Below are positions 39,365-52,700 of a stretch of 64,000 nt of DNA, one piece after another. The stretch lies in NCBI GenBank assembly GCA_028023455.1, contig JAQFVV010000002.1, positions 13,640,001 to 13,704,000 on the forward strand, given 5' to 3'. This DNA comes from Epiperipatus broadwayi (lineage: Eukaryota; Animalia; Onychophora). Within the stretch, counting starts at the first letter, position 1, and every line of letters begins with the position of its first letter. The notes beneath the pieces are model-generated. The model did no database searches, was not told the origin of the DNA, and saw nothing but the letters and a program-made list of their open reading frames with translations. The position numbers and the translations under genes were made by a program.

Positions 39365-41171
39365 AGATAGGGATTTTATGCACAAGCCTTCTGGCATCCA
39401 TTGATTGCTCTTGTTAGCACAAGATGGCACTACTATATGGAGAGTTTTGCTTTGTTTTGGATTGTTTAATATATCTTCTCTTGTTCTATGTTTGTAATGG
39501 AATATAAATATTAGTTGTTTGTACAAATCTTAGACAAATGACTTGTCATTCCACAATTATGATACTTATATTTCCTGAATGTATATTCTTTTTATGTGTC
39601 CTTTCTTTCTCCAGCAATAACAGATATCAATCTCCTGTTTAGTATTTTTCTCCTTTCTCTATGCTTTAGTTTTGTTTATATATGTGGTTGGCTTAACTTC
39701 GTTTACCCCATTTTAAAATTCTAATGCATATTCTAGAAAAATTTCATATACTATTCATCATTCAATGGCAGCAGTATAATTTATTATAGATTCACTTAAC
39801 AATATTTGTCTACGTTTCTCTGCTCACATTGCATAATGATGGTCTAATAGCATCTCTTCTAAATAGCCTCCAAATTTGCATTCTTTCAATAATTCTCAGA
39901 GCACTATATCATACCCCTGTATATTTTCATTTGGTAATTGCATTTTGTTTTGGAAGTGAAGTCACGCTATAAATTTTGAAGGTGTTGGTTTGAAATATGA
40001 ATTTAACTTTTGCAGCAACTCCTTGTATGGAATATCTTAAGGCATTTTCAGTTCACAGAGATGATTTGTTAGTTGCAATACATCCTTCCCTGACTTCCAT
40101 ATTAGAGTAGCAACTTTCAACATATTAAAGATGTTATCTATTATCACGAATCTTTCAACTTGATTAACATATATGTATTTGCCATAGCCCAGAATTGTTA
40201 GGTTAAGTGGCATTATTGTACAATTCTGCATTGCCATTTCATATAAACATGTAGACAATTAATACTTTACACAGGTTTTTAAGACTGCAGCAAATGATGT
40301 GTACAGGTCTTGAATTGTCAAACTGCACCAACTGATGTGTACAGGTCTCAAATTGTGCCAAATGATATGCACAGAGGCCAGATTTCACCTAAGCCACTCA
40401 TTAAATTATTTTGGAAATAATACACACACAAAAAAATTTAACTTAATAAGTTTATTACTTTGAATATATAATATTAGTAGCATGCCGATCTTTCAACTAG
40501 CAACTTACTGATTGACTTCCATAAATTCAAGCAGACTTAATTATAGACACATAGTTCTTTATAGTATTGAAATATAACATCGCATTTCTTATACAATACT
40601 TTATTTTACATTGTTAATTTTACACCACAATGATCTCCTCAACATATTTCACTGCTCATAAACTGTTGGTTTCGCAAGCACTTTATGGCTCACATTATAC
40701 TCAGTATTGAACTGCTCCGGCTATGTGCTTAACGTTCTGCTGACATTTTTGACAGTCTGTTTTGTTTTGAGATATAATTTGCATAAAAGTTTCATTATTA
40801 TCTCCTTGCAAATTAACAAATTCAGGTCATTATGGAATTTGTATAACTTAACTTATTATGCATTTTATTTATTTCTAGTGATTTTTGTTGTGTTTTATTC
40901 TGACTACTTTTCATGCATAAACATGTAACTTAATTTTTAGTCAATACCCGGCAGTATCAATACACATCATATAAAAAATTTAAAAATCACAAGATATAAA
41001 ATAACAGTAATAGTCAATGTGCATATGGCAGTACTTCTACATGAACTTTTTCTAATTTTTTTTAAAGTTATGTATATCAAAATATTTTGTGTTTCTGTGA
41101 ACTGTTATGGAAATAAAATTTCCAAAAATTAATAACACTTTTTAAAGTTTAAATAGCTTTTTACTGTAGTA

Positions 41172-42068
41172 CAAAGGTGGAAAACCTCCTTCCTTTGGAC
41201 CAACGCTGGCCCTCAAAAGCTATCAATAAGGTCCCAAATATTTTCTAAAACATATATAAAATGCTCCTGTATAAAATTTCTATTTAAATACGGTGTAGCT
41301 CAAATATTGAATTAAATAAAATAAATGTTTATATTCTAAATACATCGAATCTTTCTTTATAAACGTTCTAGTTCATTATATCAGAGCCATATTCTAATAA
41401 ATTATCTGTATTGTGTGGTCTATTTTACTACAGATTTAATATACAATGCTCAGGGCATTTTGTTTGTTTTTTATAGTGATTTTTACAGACTAATTATATA
41501 TTCGCAAAAATAAAATTAGAATTTTTTATTATTATTTTGCATTTACTTTTTTATGACGACGGCTACACCAAGTAAAAAAAACAAATTGCATATTTGAATA
41601 GAAGTGGATCAAAACCTTTTTATTTTTTATAGAAAATAATAAATTGACAAGCCTGATATATCTGTACACTATTTATCAAAACATTTTCATTATAATAAAA
41701 TTGATGGAAAAGAAATATTAAAACAGAAAACTTGAAAAGAAGTTTCCTCAAGTGGTCGACAAGTCTCATAAAAAGTCCAAACTAAGTCAGAAAATTCTAC
41801 GAAGGCAAATTACATTTGAAAAAAAGCAGAAACTGTGAAACCATTTTCTGAGGGGGGGGGGATAAATGACGGCACCTAGCTATTATAGAATTAATCGGTC
41901 CAGAAAATAAAAAGAAATTCGAAAATATAATTATGTGATTATGAATAGTTACAAGACAAATTGAAAATTGTCATTAAATGTGCAACATTCAAAATACGAA
42001 ATAATGATGATGTTTTAAAAAAAGGCATGTTGAAATTGGCCCGCCAGTTAAAAAGATTACTCATCCTT
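41172..42068 (+). mobile_element. hAT deletion derivative (GTF2IRD2-like transposase fragment)
   Basis: Left TIR-like caaaggtggaaaacct after NNNTANNN; KKAETVKPFSEG...LIGPENKKKFENI; right end ggcccgcc...aaaagattactcatcctt. Confidence 0.55.
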
Positions 42069-42504
42069 AATAATTAGGGGTGAAAAAATTATATGTTTGA
42101 TTAAGTATATAGCAGGTTAATATTTAAGTCGATAATTTTGTATAACTTGCGAATGTTATTACTTATGGCCATGGGCAGAAAAAAAATCCTCACTATCGCT
42201 CTAGTACATAAAAAAAATTCAACGTTAGGTGGCGTACAATGAATATTTCTTAAAACCTTCTTGCTTAAATATTTTCAAAATGAAAATTAATTAAATTACT
42301 TATATAGAATAATATTTACATGTAGTCTTTAAAATATCTCGGCTTTTATATAAAAATTTCAACCTGTACACTGATTTTTATTTTTCAATATATCTTTAAA
42401 TTTTCATAAAATAATTCAAATAATAAATAAAATTAAAACTTGCCTACTGGCTCCAGCAGAGTGACTGAATTTAACGATTAAATAGAAGGCGTTTGATAGA
42501 GCGA

Positions 42505-42577
42505 GCCTCTTTAGCTCAGTGGTTAGAGCACTGGTCTTGTAAACCAGGGGTCGAGAGTTCGAATCTCTCAAGGGGCT
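42505..42577 (+). tRNA. trnT-TGT: tRNA-Thr(TGT), intact
   Basis: Acceptor GCCTCTT/AAGGGGC, D-stem GCTC/GAGC, anticodon stem CTGGT/ACCAG with loop CTTGTAA, T-stem GAGAG/CTCTC with TTCGAAT. Confidence 0.97.
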
Positions 42578-42582
42578 GGGAA

Positions 42583-42593
42583 TTTTTTTTTTT
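42583..42593 (+). terminator. Pol III oligo-T terminator
   Basis: T11 run starting 6 nt after the tRNA 3' end. Confidence 0.85.
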
Positions 42594-43379
42594 ATATGTT
42601 TAATTTTTTTTTATTTTCTAAACAATATATTTAAATAGTTTTTACAATTTTTTAATATTATTAGAATGTAATCTGCTAACCTGTGTTATTTACTTAAGTG
42701 TTATTACTAACAGTTGTTTGTAAGCAATAATTTTTTCTACCCATTCATCATACAGGAAAATTCTATATATATATGTAAAGAAATAAATTCTCGTAAATTA
42801 GAAAATTGTATAGAGAGACTTTTAATTCTATTTTATTTGTTTTGAAACTTTATTACAATAATTTTATTAATCCAGTAATAATTTTTATTAATAATTGCTA
42901 TTCTGGGTTGGATAGCATCTCCAGATTGTTTTCAAGGGAATGGCTTTCAGATATGAAGGTTAGCTGCGAATAAGCAAATTATTGTAAATAAGTAGCTGAC
43001 AATGAGACAACATTCACTATCAGGAAATGGTGAAGGAGACAATGGCATGTTTACTTCTATAAAATGCCAAAATTTCTATGTAGTGGATGTATAATGGTGA
43101 GTGTTGACCGCCATTAAACAAGTCAACACCCTGCTGGGTGCTGAGTCAGCAATAGCATTTTTCCAAGTCAGCGGAAGATCACTAGATTCAGCTAGTGCAT
43201 TAAATCTGTTATGGAGGTTATTTCTGGAGAAAAAAGCAATGAGAAACCATTTTGCCTTATAATTTCCTTGCTTTATTATGAGTAATTAATTATACAGGAA
43301 TCATTACATTTGGCATTGAGACCTTAGCTAAAAATGACTTTGGAGGTTGTAAACCGAAATCCTCATAAACTTCATTCAT

Positions 43380-45530
43380 TGAAAGAAGATGCATTGCTAA
43401 TTGGCACATGTAATGTTAGATCATTGAGAAAAGCTGGGAAATTTGAAAAGAGAGTTGTGTATAAATAATATCAATGTTATAGGATTACGTGAAATGAGGT
43501 GGGAGGATGTGGGAAAGTAAGTAGTGAAGATGTTATTTGGGTGTGACAGATCAATTAATGGAGTTGGCATTGCTATTGGAAAGAGAATTTGGAATAGTGT
43601 TGCAAAGGTTGATTGTGTTGATGATGATGAGAATAAATACAAATTCTAGGGATTTGGTAGCCATACAAGTTTATATGCCAATTACTAGTTATGATAATAG
43701 TGAAACTGATGAAAAATATGAAGAGATAGAGGAAATTATCCAACATTGAAGGAGGAAATGCATGTATATTGCTATTGGGTCATTGGAATGCTGTTGAGGG
43801 AAATGATGAGAAAAATTGTTGGAAATTATAGTATTGGAAAAGAAATAAAAGAAGTAGCTGGCTTGTATAATTTTGGTTTATGATTGCAAACACTTGTTTT
43901 AAAAATCATATAAGAAGTTTATATACATGGAATGCTCCAAGTGACAGGGAATATTATCAAATTGATTATATATTGATTCAGGATAAATTCAAAGAATGCT
44001 ATGCTTTGATTGGTGCTGACATAATCTCAGATCATAATTTAGTTATGGCTAAATTAAAGTTGAGTTTAAAAAATATTAAAAGATATGTAAGACGAGACTT
44101 TAGATAAATTGAAAAACATGGAAAAAGAAAACTTTGGCTTAATATATGAAAATGCAATAAAAAGGATTGTTAAAAACGAGGAATATATTAATAGTTCTCA
44201 TAAGTATTGATGTAGAATTAAAGAATGATTCTTAAAAACAGCTAAAAATGAAATAGGTATTTATTCAGTTAAGAAAAGCTAAACAAGCTTGGATAACTGA
44301 AGGTATGTTGGAAAAGATGGAAAAATATAAATGCTGAGTAAAACAAAATGCATATAGAAAAATTAATAATGAGCTAAGAAGAAAAGCAGATTTAGCAAAA
44401 TAAAAAATGGTTGGAGTGAGAATGTGGAGAGATGGAAATGCTTCAACAGATGAAAAGATATTATCTGGTATTTGATAGAATAAGAAATGTTACTTGAGAG
44501 AAAAAGACATTGATAGCAAATGAGATTGCCGATAAGAATGAAAAGAGATTAGCTGATAGCAATGATTTATTAAAAAGATGTTAAAAATATCTTCAATGTC
44601 TATCTTGGAAAATGAAGATATTGAAATGGATGATAAAGATATGGACATATTGCTAGATGAAGTAGTAAAGTCAATTGCACAAATGATGAATGGTAAAGCT
44701 GTTGGATTTGATGTAATACCTATAGAGTTGTTGAAAAAAAGAAAGAAAATTTACTATGAAGAAAATAGTTGGATTTTGCAATTTGATAAATAAAAGTGGA
44801 GTTTGGCCTGAAGATTTTTTTTTTTAAGAATTATAATGATTCCAATTGCTAAAAAGAAGAAGGCTGCTAAATGTGAAGATTATAGAACAATAAGTTTGTT
44901 GTCTCATGCTTCTAAAGTTTTATTGAGGATTTTAACTCTAAGAATTTATGGGAAGTTAGATTATTATATTGGTGAAGGACAGTTTGGTTTTCAGAAAGGG
45001 AAAAGCACAAGAGATGCTATCAATATTGTTAGGACAATTGTGGAAAGATATATTGAAAAAGAAATTGACATATGTTTTGTGGATTTGGAAAAAGCATTTG
45101 ATAGAGTAATCTGGAATAAACTTATGATCATCTTAAAAATTAAAGAAGTGTTTGTAAAAAGAAAAGATTGATTTGAAATATGTATATTGGGCAAAGAATA
45201 AGAATTAGATGGGGGAATAATGAGATTGATGAAGTGAATATAAATATGAGGAAGTAGGTAATGATGCAGTATGTCAAAATAAGAGAAGGTAGGTAAGGAT
45301 GCAGAATGTCACTTTTTTAATATTTATTTAGAAGACATGCTAAATAATTATTTTAGACTGTGAAGGAGCTTAATGTTGAAGGTAGAATAATAAAATGTAT
45401 AAGATTTTCAGGTGCCATGACTCTTATAGCTGAGGATGAAAAGTGTCTTCAGAATTTCTTGAATAAATTGAAGAAATGATGTGGGTAATATTAAAGGAAG
45501 ATTACTGTTGTAAGTGTTTATGGGCCAAGT
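43380..45530 (+). mobile_element. RTE-clade LINE, endonuclease + RT, multiply disrupted
   Basis: IGTCNVRSL, YQIDYILI, SDHNLV, KCEDYRTISLLSHASKVLLRIL, GQFGFQKGKSTRDAI, CFVDLEKAFD; 5' UTR may extend to ~42905. Confidence 0.9.
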
Positions 45531-45578
45531 GATAATGCTAAGAATTTGTTTTTATATTATCGATGACTCATTATTTTG

Positions 45579-46010
45579 AAACATCACATGATCACCATTT
45601 CTTATGCATAAACAAGCAATTAAAAAATAGCAACTCTCTTCATATAATAATGCTACATAGTGAAAGCCATTATAGCCAATGGATGCTAGAAGGTTTCTGC
45701 ATCAAAATCCCCTATCTAGTGCCTACTTATCCAATATCCTCACAATAATTTCTAGTTTATGGCTTTCATTGGTGAGGAGCCTTGAATATGAGAATATTGC
45801 ATCTAGCAGTCATTTTTTTACCTTTTTAGTTTCCTTCTAGCATCCATTAATTATTATGGCTTATATTGATGGCTCTACTATATGGAGAGAATTGCTAGTC
45901 TATAGAAACATATGGTTGATTTCATAATATGACTTTTATACTTTTCACATGATCATCCATTGATTACTCTAGCTTGCTGTGTGTGGCAATACGTAGGGTA
46001 AGTTTTGCCT
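45579..46010. mobile_element. Decayed HHR family A remnants (minus copy 45579-45808, plus fragments ~45868-46010)
   Basis: aaacatcacatgatca...cctatctagtgcctact..ccaatatcc...gtgaggagcc; core 45743-45772 destroyed. Confidence 0.75.
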
Positions 46011-46899
46011 ATTTTTATACTTTTCCTTATTAAATCTATATTTTTTTATTTATTTAATGAAAGTATTTTACAACTCTTTTTGAATTTGCTGGTGATTGTA
46101 TTAGAATACATTTTATTAAAGATAAAGTAATATATACTATTTATAAAACTTTTAACCAAAAATTAATTGTAAAAAAAAATATACATGTAACTTATAACTA
46201 CACTATTGATACTATTTAAATCATGAAAAAAATATAATTAAAAAATTCGTGTTTGAAAAAGTTATATTTTGCGCGGGGAAAAATGGCTGCTGCTGAGCTG
46301 AGATTTGTAAAATTTAATAAATTTTAATATTTTTTGTGTTTATTAAATATATATATGTTTAATGTATAATTGAAGTTGTGTAGTTTGAAACATAGTCTTT
46401 CATAACTTCATTGTGTAAAATTTAAAATTTAAATCACGTGTACAAATATCCCACACATCAAACTCAAATATCAGGTGCAAATATATTATATTTGTCTTTG
46501 AATAACTTTTATTAATAATATAAAATAAAAATTAATTTTAAATTAAAATAATTTATAAATGTATAGTCTCTAGCTCAAAAGATGTTCAGCAATTAAAGAA
46601 ATAAGCCAAAAATTACACTTGATCATTATTGCTTTTTTGCATATGAATGAAAGAAACCTGAATCTTGAATTGTCCAATTCTACACAATGACTATCTATAT
46701 TGTGTTTGACTCTTGTGCCTAACAATTCGGCAAAAGTTACAGACTTGACAGCATCAGATGCTTGTCAAATATATTTGTTATTCCCAATTTCTTATTTAGA
46801 AAAGTAATATTGAAACCTGGACTAACAAATTAAATATTTACTAACAAGTAAATCAATACAGAATGCAAATAAATTTTAGTAAACACTAATTAAAAATAT

Positions 46900-47002
46900 G
46901 CATTGGTGGTTGAGAGGTCAGCGACAGCTGCTTTACAAGCAGTTGTCCCGGAATAGCGGGTTCGCTTCCCGGCTGATGCTATGACCCATGAGAAAAAAAA
47001 AA
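46900..47002 (+). mobile_element. tRNA-Gly-derived SINE copy (TAC loop)
   Basis: Body 46900-46979, anticodon stem GCTGC/GCAGT with loop TTTACAA, T-loop TTCGCTT; tail TATGACCCATGAGA10; aaaaatat on both sides. Confidence 0.75.
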
Positions 47003-47149
47003 TATTGATATATATTCCTCTAGCCAATGCAGAATCAGTAATTCCATTATTTGCATTCACTATAAACTAGTATTATTTCTGTAAACAGTTCATAATCTAT
47101 TCAAAAATATATGAATATAGACAAATTTAACAATAGCTCTACAATATAG

Positions 47150-50100
47150 ATAAAAGCTATTCCTACTCCAATAATATCCTCAAAATTGCATGTAGATACA
47201 CATATAATGTTAGCTGACTAACTCATATTACAATTAAAGTTCTTTTTTAATTGCATATATATATATATATTTTATATAAATTGTGAGACTCCCCATCAAT
47301 AAATATTTTTAAAATGTGGATGAAAAAACACTCTTATTTTAATTTTACTTTATTAGTAATAAGCTATTCTCTAAATATGGGTGCTACCAATCTTTTTAAA
47401 ATATTCATTTATAGACAGTGTTCACAATTTATAGCCATGTGCAAAAGATAGTTTACTTTCATCTAAATTACATATATATCTAAAAATACTATGTTATTTA
47501 ATATTTATTCTAAGTTATACTACCTTTATCATTGGTCTGTGTACAATCTAGAGGTCTTTGACACTTATACAAATAATAATAAAGTTCTAGAAAACCTGTT
47601 TAGTTACTTGGTTAATTTTCTAACCTATGGAAGCCAAGTCCCCTAGAAACAATATTTCTCAATGATCTTTTCTTCTGATTCATTTTAGTTTTTCAGAAAG
47701 TCCAAATGACAAAGAAGAAGATAGCAATTACTTCAGTCTGATAGTTTATATTTCAGTTCTTCTTCATTCTGGAGTATTCATCCTTCCTGGGAAAATATCC
47801 TAAAATGATTAACTGGATTTAATCAGTTTGATTTATCTTCTGCAAAGTGAAATCTGAATTCTTGATTTGTGTTGTTAGCTGTAACACTTTCTTTGGATAC
47901 AAGGTCTTTCTCCTTTTTTGAATACATTTAATTAGATTATTCTCCAGCTTATTTAGCTCTGCTTTTAATTGCATTTTATTTAGCTAATCTTTAATTACAC
48001 TTAATTGATTCTAGCTATTTTTATTTAACTTTACTTATACTTTAGTATCAATAGTTATCTCTTCCCTTACTTCACTTGAGGCATTTATATATAATCTTGT
48101 AGTTTCTTTAGCTTTTGGTGTCTCTGCATAACAGTTTCTATTTCTGTCAGTTTAATCGATCATTCTTCATGATATTTTTCAATTTTATTCATTTCCACCT
48201 GTGCCGTTTGCTTTTCTCTTAGAAAAATTCACTTGACTGGATCTGTTTTACTTTTTTTTTTCTTGTGGATTTTGTTTTCTCTTTAAAAGTCCATTATATT
48301 TTGAGGTATTTCTTCTCTCTGTCTGTATCAAACATGGTTTACTTATTTATAGTATTCAATTTTATTGTTTACTTACAGTGTTAGTATTTGAAATTGGATA
48401 ATATTTTCATGATCATCCATCTAACCAGTTTATTAAATCTCAAATCCAAACATTTTTGTTTATTAAATATTGTTTTTTTTCTCATCATCATATCATTGTA
48501 TTACGTTTCTTTAAGAATTGGCATTGTTGATTTAATTCACTTTTTCTTTTGCCCATCATCAATTCTTCCAGAGATTTTCTTGTAGTGAATGTTGATGTAG
48601 TATTGGAATATATAAGGCTTCCTGCAATTTCATGTTATTTATCATTTTAAATGTCTTCTTTTTTTTTTTTTTTTGAACAGTGTTTTCCACTAATCTATTT
48701 GATTGTGGATAGTATCGTGGTGTGTGAACATACTTAATGCCTTCATTTCATAATATTTTTCTATTTTATGTGCCATAAATCCAATGCCATTATCTGAAAC
48801 AATCACTTCCAAAAATCCATTACATGAAAATATTTATTTCAATTTCTCTATTATTTCCTCAATACTTGTATCTTTACTATATGATACTCTGCCCATTTCA
48901 AATATATGGAGCCTGCACCAATATGAACTCTTTGTCAAGGTTTCATTGCTTTTGATTTCACTAAAAATTTCTTTGTCAGTGTATTCACTTTTGATTGACA
49001 GGTTGTATTCTTTTTAAAAGATTTTTCAATGTCTGTTGTATTGTTCAATCATGAGACTTATCCACACATTAGAGCTCTACAACACATGATTTTATGATGT
49101 CCTGCATGATACTGTTTTAAAACTCTCAGTCTACCTTTGAATGTATGAAATCATTACATCCCACTAATAAATAATTATTTGCAAACTAATAAGTTTTCAT
49201 GAATTGTCTAGGAGGCAGGAACAACATATTTCTGTTTATTAGTTAGTTATTAGTAACTGGTACCCTTATCTGACCTTGTTCATTGTGCTGCTTTATTACA
49301 ATTAATTTCCTCTAAATCTAATATATTTATATGATTTATCTCTATGTCATTATTATTTGGTTTCCTGTTATCTTGATTTATTATCAAAGTATCAGCATGC
49401 AAAAAAATTTCCCTTTTTTAATATCATATTCTAGTGTTATATAATAATACATTCTTCCAACCCACCATATGCAAACTTGATTATTAATTTTATATTTGGT
49501 TTTTTATTAAACAGATTTGAATATTTTTTTTGATTTCCTATTTTAGTAGTATTTTTTTCATACTACTAGTGCATATTCCTATTTCTTGAACCCAATATTT
49601 GCCAACTACAGAAACAATTTTTTGTTTGGGATTTTCTGTTTTAGTAATTACAATACAAATGCATATTTCTATTGTCTGAACCCCATAACAACCAACTGTA
49701 GGACTAATTTTCTTTTTTATTATATAAAATGGTAAGCAAAATGTTTTCTCAGTATTTAATTGGTGCTGGTACTTGACAAATTAATTTTAATAGTTGTCCA
49801 CTAATTTTTTCCACATATTACTGATTTTCCTAAACCACTATCTTATTTCCACATAAATGTTTTATCACAAATATGCAATTCCATCACAGATTGCTGGATT
49901 CCAATAATTTCCATGATATTACCCTGAAATTTGTTTTTTTTTTTTACTTCTCTCAACTATTATCATTTTCCTTACATAGATAAACCAATGTTCTTTAATC
50001 TCACATTTAAAACAATTTTTATTGTTCCAAATGCAGCATATAGATACACACACACACATATATATATATATATAAGGTTACAGTCTAATTCATACTACAA

Positions 50101-50600
50101 TTAAAAGTCCTTTTTTAATTGCAAATATGGCTTAGTATTTTAAGTTATACTACCTTTACCATCAGGTTTTGTACAGTCTGATGACTCTTGAAGCTTACAC
50201 AAATATAGTAAAGATTAAGGCAATTTGATAAGTCCCCTAGTCAGCTTTCTGATCTACATAGGCTGAGTCCCTGGGAAATGACAACTCTACACAAACTTTT
50301 CTGTTATTTTATACTGCTGTTCAGAAAGTCCTAATTATACAAAAAAAAAAGATCAATTCTTTTTTCTAAAGCATTATATTCTTCAGGGCAAATATTTTAA
50401 CATGATTAACAGTATTTAATTAGTTTGATCTATCTGCTATAAAGTAAAATGTGCATACTTTATTCTATTGTTAACTACTATATTTTATCTGGATAAAAAT
50501 TTTTTTATTTTTCCATCACATTTAATTACATGATTCTCTAAGTTATTTAGTCTAGCTTTTATTTGCATTTTATTTATAATTTTATGTATTTGTAAATGCA
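47150..50600 (-). mobile_element. Second old, internally deleted Gypsy element
   Basis: Diverged direct repeats ~47200-48058 and ~50080-50590 (candidate LTRs); PPT aagggaagaga ~48060; integrase ~48550-49350 (HAGHHKI, EVIVSDNGIGF, GIKYVHTPRYYPQSNRLVE); DSG protease-like motif ~49830. Confidence 0.55.
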
Positions 50601-50759
50601 AACTATATAAGTCATGTGATACATGACTTGATTTTATATATATATGTAATATACAAATCTATATATATATCAAAATACAGTACAATTTACATAAATTATA
50701 TTATTATTAGAAGTACTTTCGACTATATATTTTGTAGTCTTTATCAACTATATGACATT

Positions 50760-52700
50760 GAATAATCAAAACGAGACAACCTTTAATAATACCCATAGTT
50801 CAATTCAGATTTCCCACAATTCTGTTATCTTAACATTTGATGACTGGTGATTCATCTAATTTATTTTTTTCCATGTTGCCATGTGACAAAAGTGTCATCT
50901 ATGTATCTGAGCCAAATGAGAGGTTTTAAAGATGATGATTCTAAAGCACGAGTTTCTATAATTTCCATGAATAAATCAGCTATATATATATATATATGCC
51001 TAAATGATGTTTGTCTTGTGATTGTAGCACTTTATTTGTAATTATATATTGGATTATTTCTATCATCTAGAATTGTTAAATGTCTTTATAAAAATTCCAA
51101 CTTGATTGAAACTTTTCAAATGGATTTAACTGATAGGCTATTATATAATGTCAGACTTTGAATGATATTATTCTTGCCCCTTCTTCAGGCATTGCTGGCT
51201 TGACCAGTAATAGTAATAGCATGAGAATCAAACATAGAACCTTTAAATTTAAGAAAATTAAATTTAAGATTATGCTCTAACTAATTAGCCTTTGACAGAA
51301 TAGCATAGCTGGTTAGAACATCACTTAAATTCAATATTCATGAATCTACAGGTCTCAGGTTTGATCCCTATGCAGACCAGCAATAACAGAAGAAGAAAAG
51401 ATAATTTCAACATTCAAAATTCTTTATATACTAACCTATGTGATATTATTAACAGTAATGTATTAGAAAAGTTTAAATAAAGTTTGAATTTTTCTAAAAA
51501 CATTTAACAATTAATTCTAGATGATAGAAATAGTCCATCATCTAAATATTCTAATTTTTGGAAATGCTTTAGTCTTATTATCATCAGTCTATCATTTACT
51601 GGAGCGATATTTATAAAACTTTCATTCTTAGACCTAAAACTATGTGTTTATTATTATGTCTTCTACATAAAGAATACAAAATATCAAAATATTATTTTTT
51701 CCCCTACATTTGATCCATCTTATCTCACATCTACAATATACAATATTTTTTTTTTTCATTTCTGACTAACCCATTTTCCACTTTTCTAGCTTATTTACCA
51801 TTTTAACATTCTAGGTACTTGTTTTTACAATATTTTCTAATTTCAATGCAGTCAGATAACTGGTCATAACTGGATTGGTGTGACCAATCTCCTATGCCTT
51901 TACTTTTTCAATCATTTCAAGTGTTTTTTTAAGTTCATCAGCATAAATTTCCAATATATATATATATATTTAAATCTGTATATAACTTACAAGCTTAACA
52001 TTTGTAAAATTTAAGACTTCTACTCAACTAATAAAAAATGACATTATTAAATAAAACTTTATATGGAAACTATCTGAGTTGGGTGATAATGAGAATGTAA
52101 ATGTAAATATATGTCCATCCGTCTGGGTATTCTTTCTGTAAATCGAAAAAGATAAACTATTTGGTGTTCTGGTGACTAGAACATCAAGAAAAGGGAGTTT
52201 TCCATCAGACTCTGTCTCATTGTAAATTTAATCAGGATGGATATTATTTAAATGTAAGAAAAAAAATCATCTAATTTATTTTTTTCCATGTTGCCATATG
52301 ACAAAAGTGTCATCTATGTATCTGATCCAAATGAGAGGTTTTAAAGATGATGATTCTAAAGCACGAGTTTCTATATTTTCCATGAATAAATCAGCGATTA
52401 CTCCTGAGATAGGTGAGCCCATAGGAGTACCAAAAACTTGTCTGTAATGCTGTCCATTGTATACAAAATATGTGTTCAAGAGACAATGTTTAATCAAAGC
52501 AATAATATGATCTGGTAAATTTCAAATGTTTTTTTTAAGTTCATCAGCACAAATTTCCAATGCCATCTTTAAATATATATACCCACACATACACATCTTA
52601 AATCTGTATATGACTTACAGGCTTAACATTTGTAAAATTTAAGATTTCTACTCAACTAATAAAAAAGGACCTTATTATATAGAACTTTATATGTAAAAGT
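50760..52700. mobile_element. Mosaic of PLE fragments: RT pieces and a head-to-head pLTR (51150-51545)
   Basis: ORF 52276-52497(-) GTPMGSPISGVIADLFME...WIRYIDDTFVIW, then PFLDVLV..SIYRKNT; duplicate of the YIDD segment at ~50860-50980; pLTR minus and plus arms meet at ~51290. Confidence 0.85.

Larger units (their letters stand above)
37401..39469. mobile_element. Young retrozyme-like HHR family A insertion: 3.57 tandem 466-bp units plus an inverted 0.88 unit, 11-13-bp TSD
   Basis: Period exactly 466; inversion junction at 39061-39063 (caa microhomology); tatatcttctctt at 37388-37400 and 39470-39482. Confidence 0.95.
35291..40964 (-). mobile_element. Old Gypsy LTR retrotransposon (K02A2.6-like), RT region missing
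   Basis: Diverged direct LTRs ~35291-35742 and ~40430-40964; PPT gaagggggaga (35743-35753, minus); gag ~39500-40250 (VERFVII...KVATL...FKPTPS...CKFG.YLEEML); integrase ~36050-37250 (MHEG...KCQTCQ, WERIRLDHARPF, HSNSNGLV). Confidence 0.8.

Noticed and set aside
37447-39526. Repeated 68-85-aa ORFs (LLNNPKQ...TAPRS)
   Set aside because: They are by-products of the repeat, antisense to the ribozyme, with non-ATG starts; the frame is not preserved in older copies
43180-43260. HDV-like ribozyme at the RTE 5' end
   Set aside because: It only loosely resembles RTE 5' motifs; I could not build the double pseudoknot by eye
46283-46327. aaaATGGCTGCTGCT as a gene start
   Set aside because: Only 14 codons before a stop, with a weak splice donor and no supporting exons
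46900-46979. Functional tRNA-Val(TAC), also at 7160-7234, and tRNA-Ala(TGC) at 12756-12844
   Set aside because: A58 is replaced by C, the T-stem base is mismatched, the SINE tail is shared, and there is no oligo-T terminator
50178-50184. CTGATGA in a Gypsy LTR-like repeat
   Set aside because: No downstream helix II or GAAA
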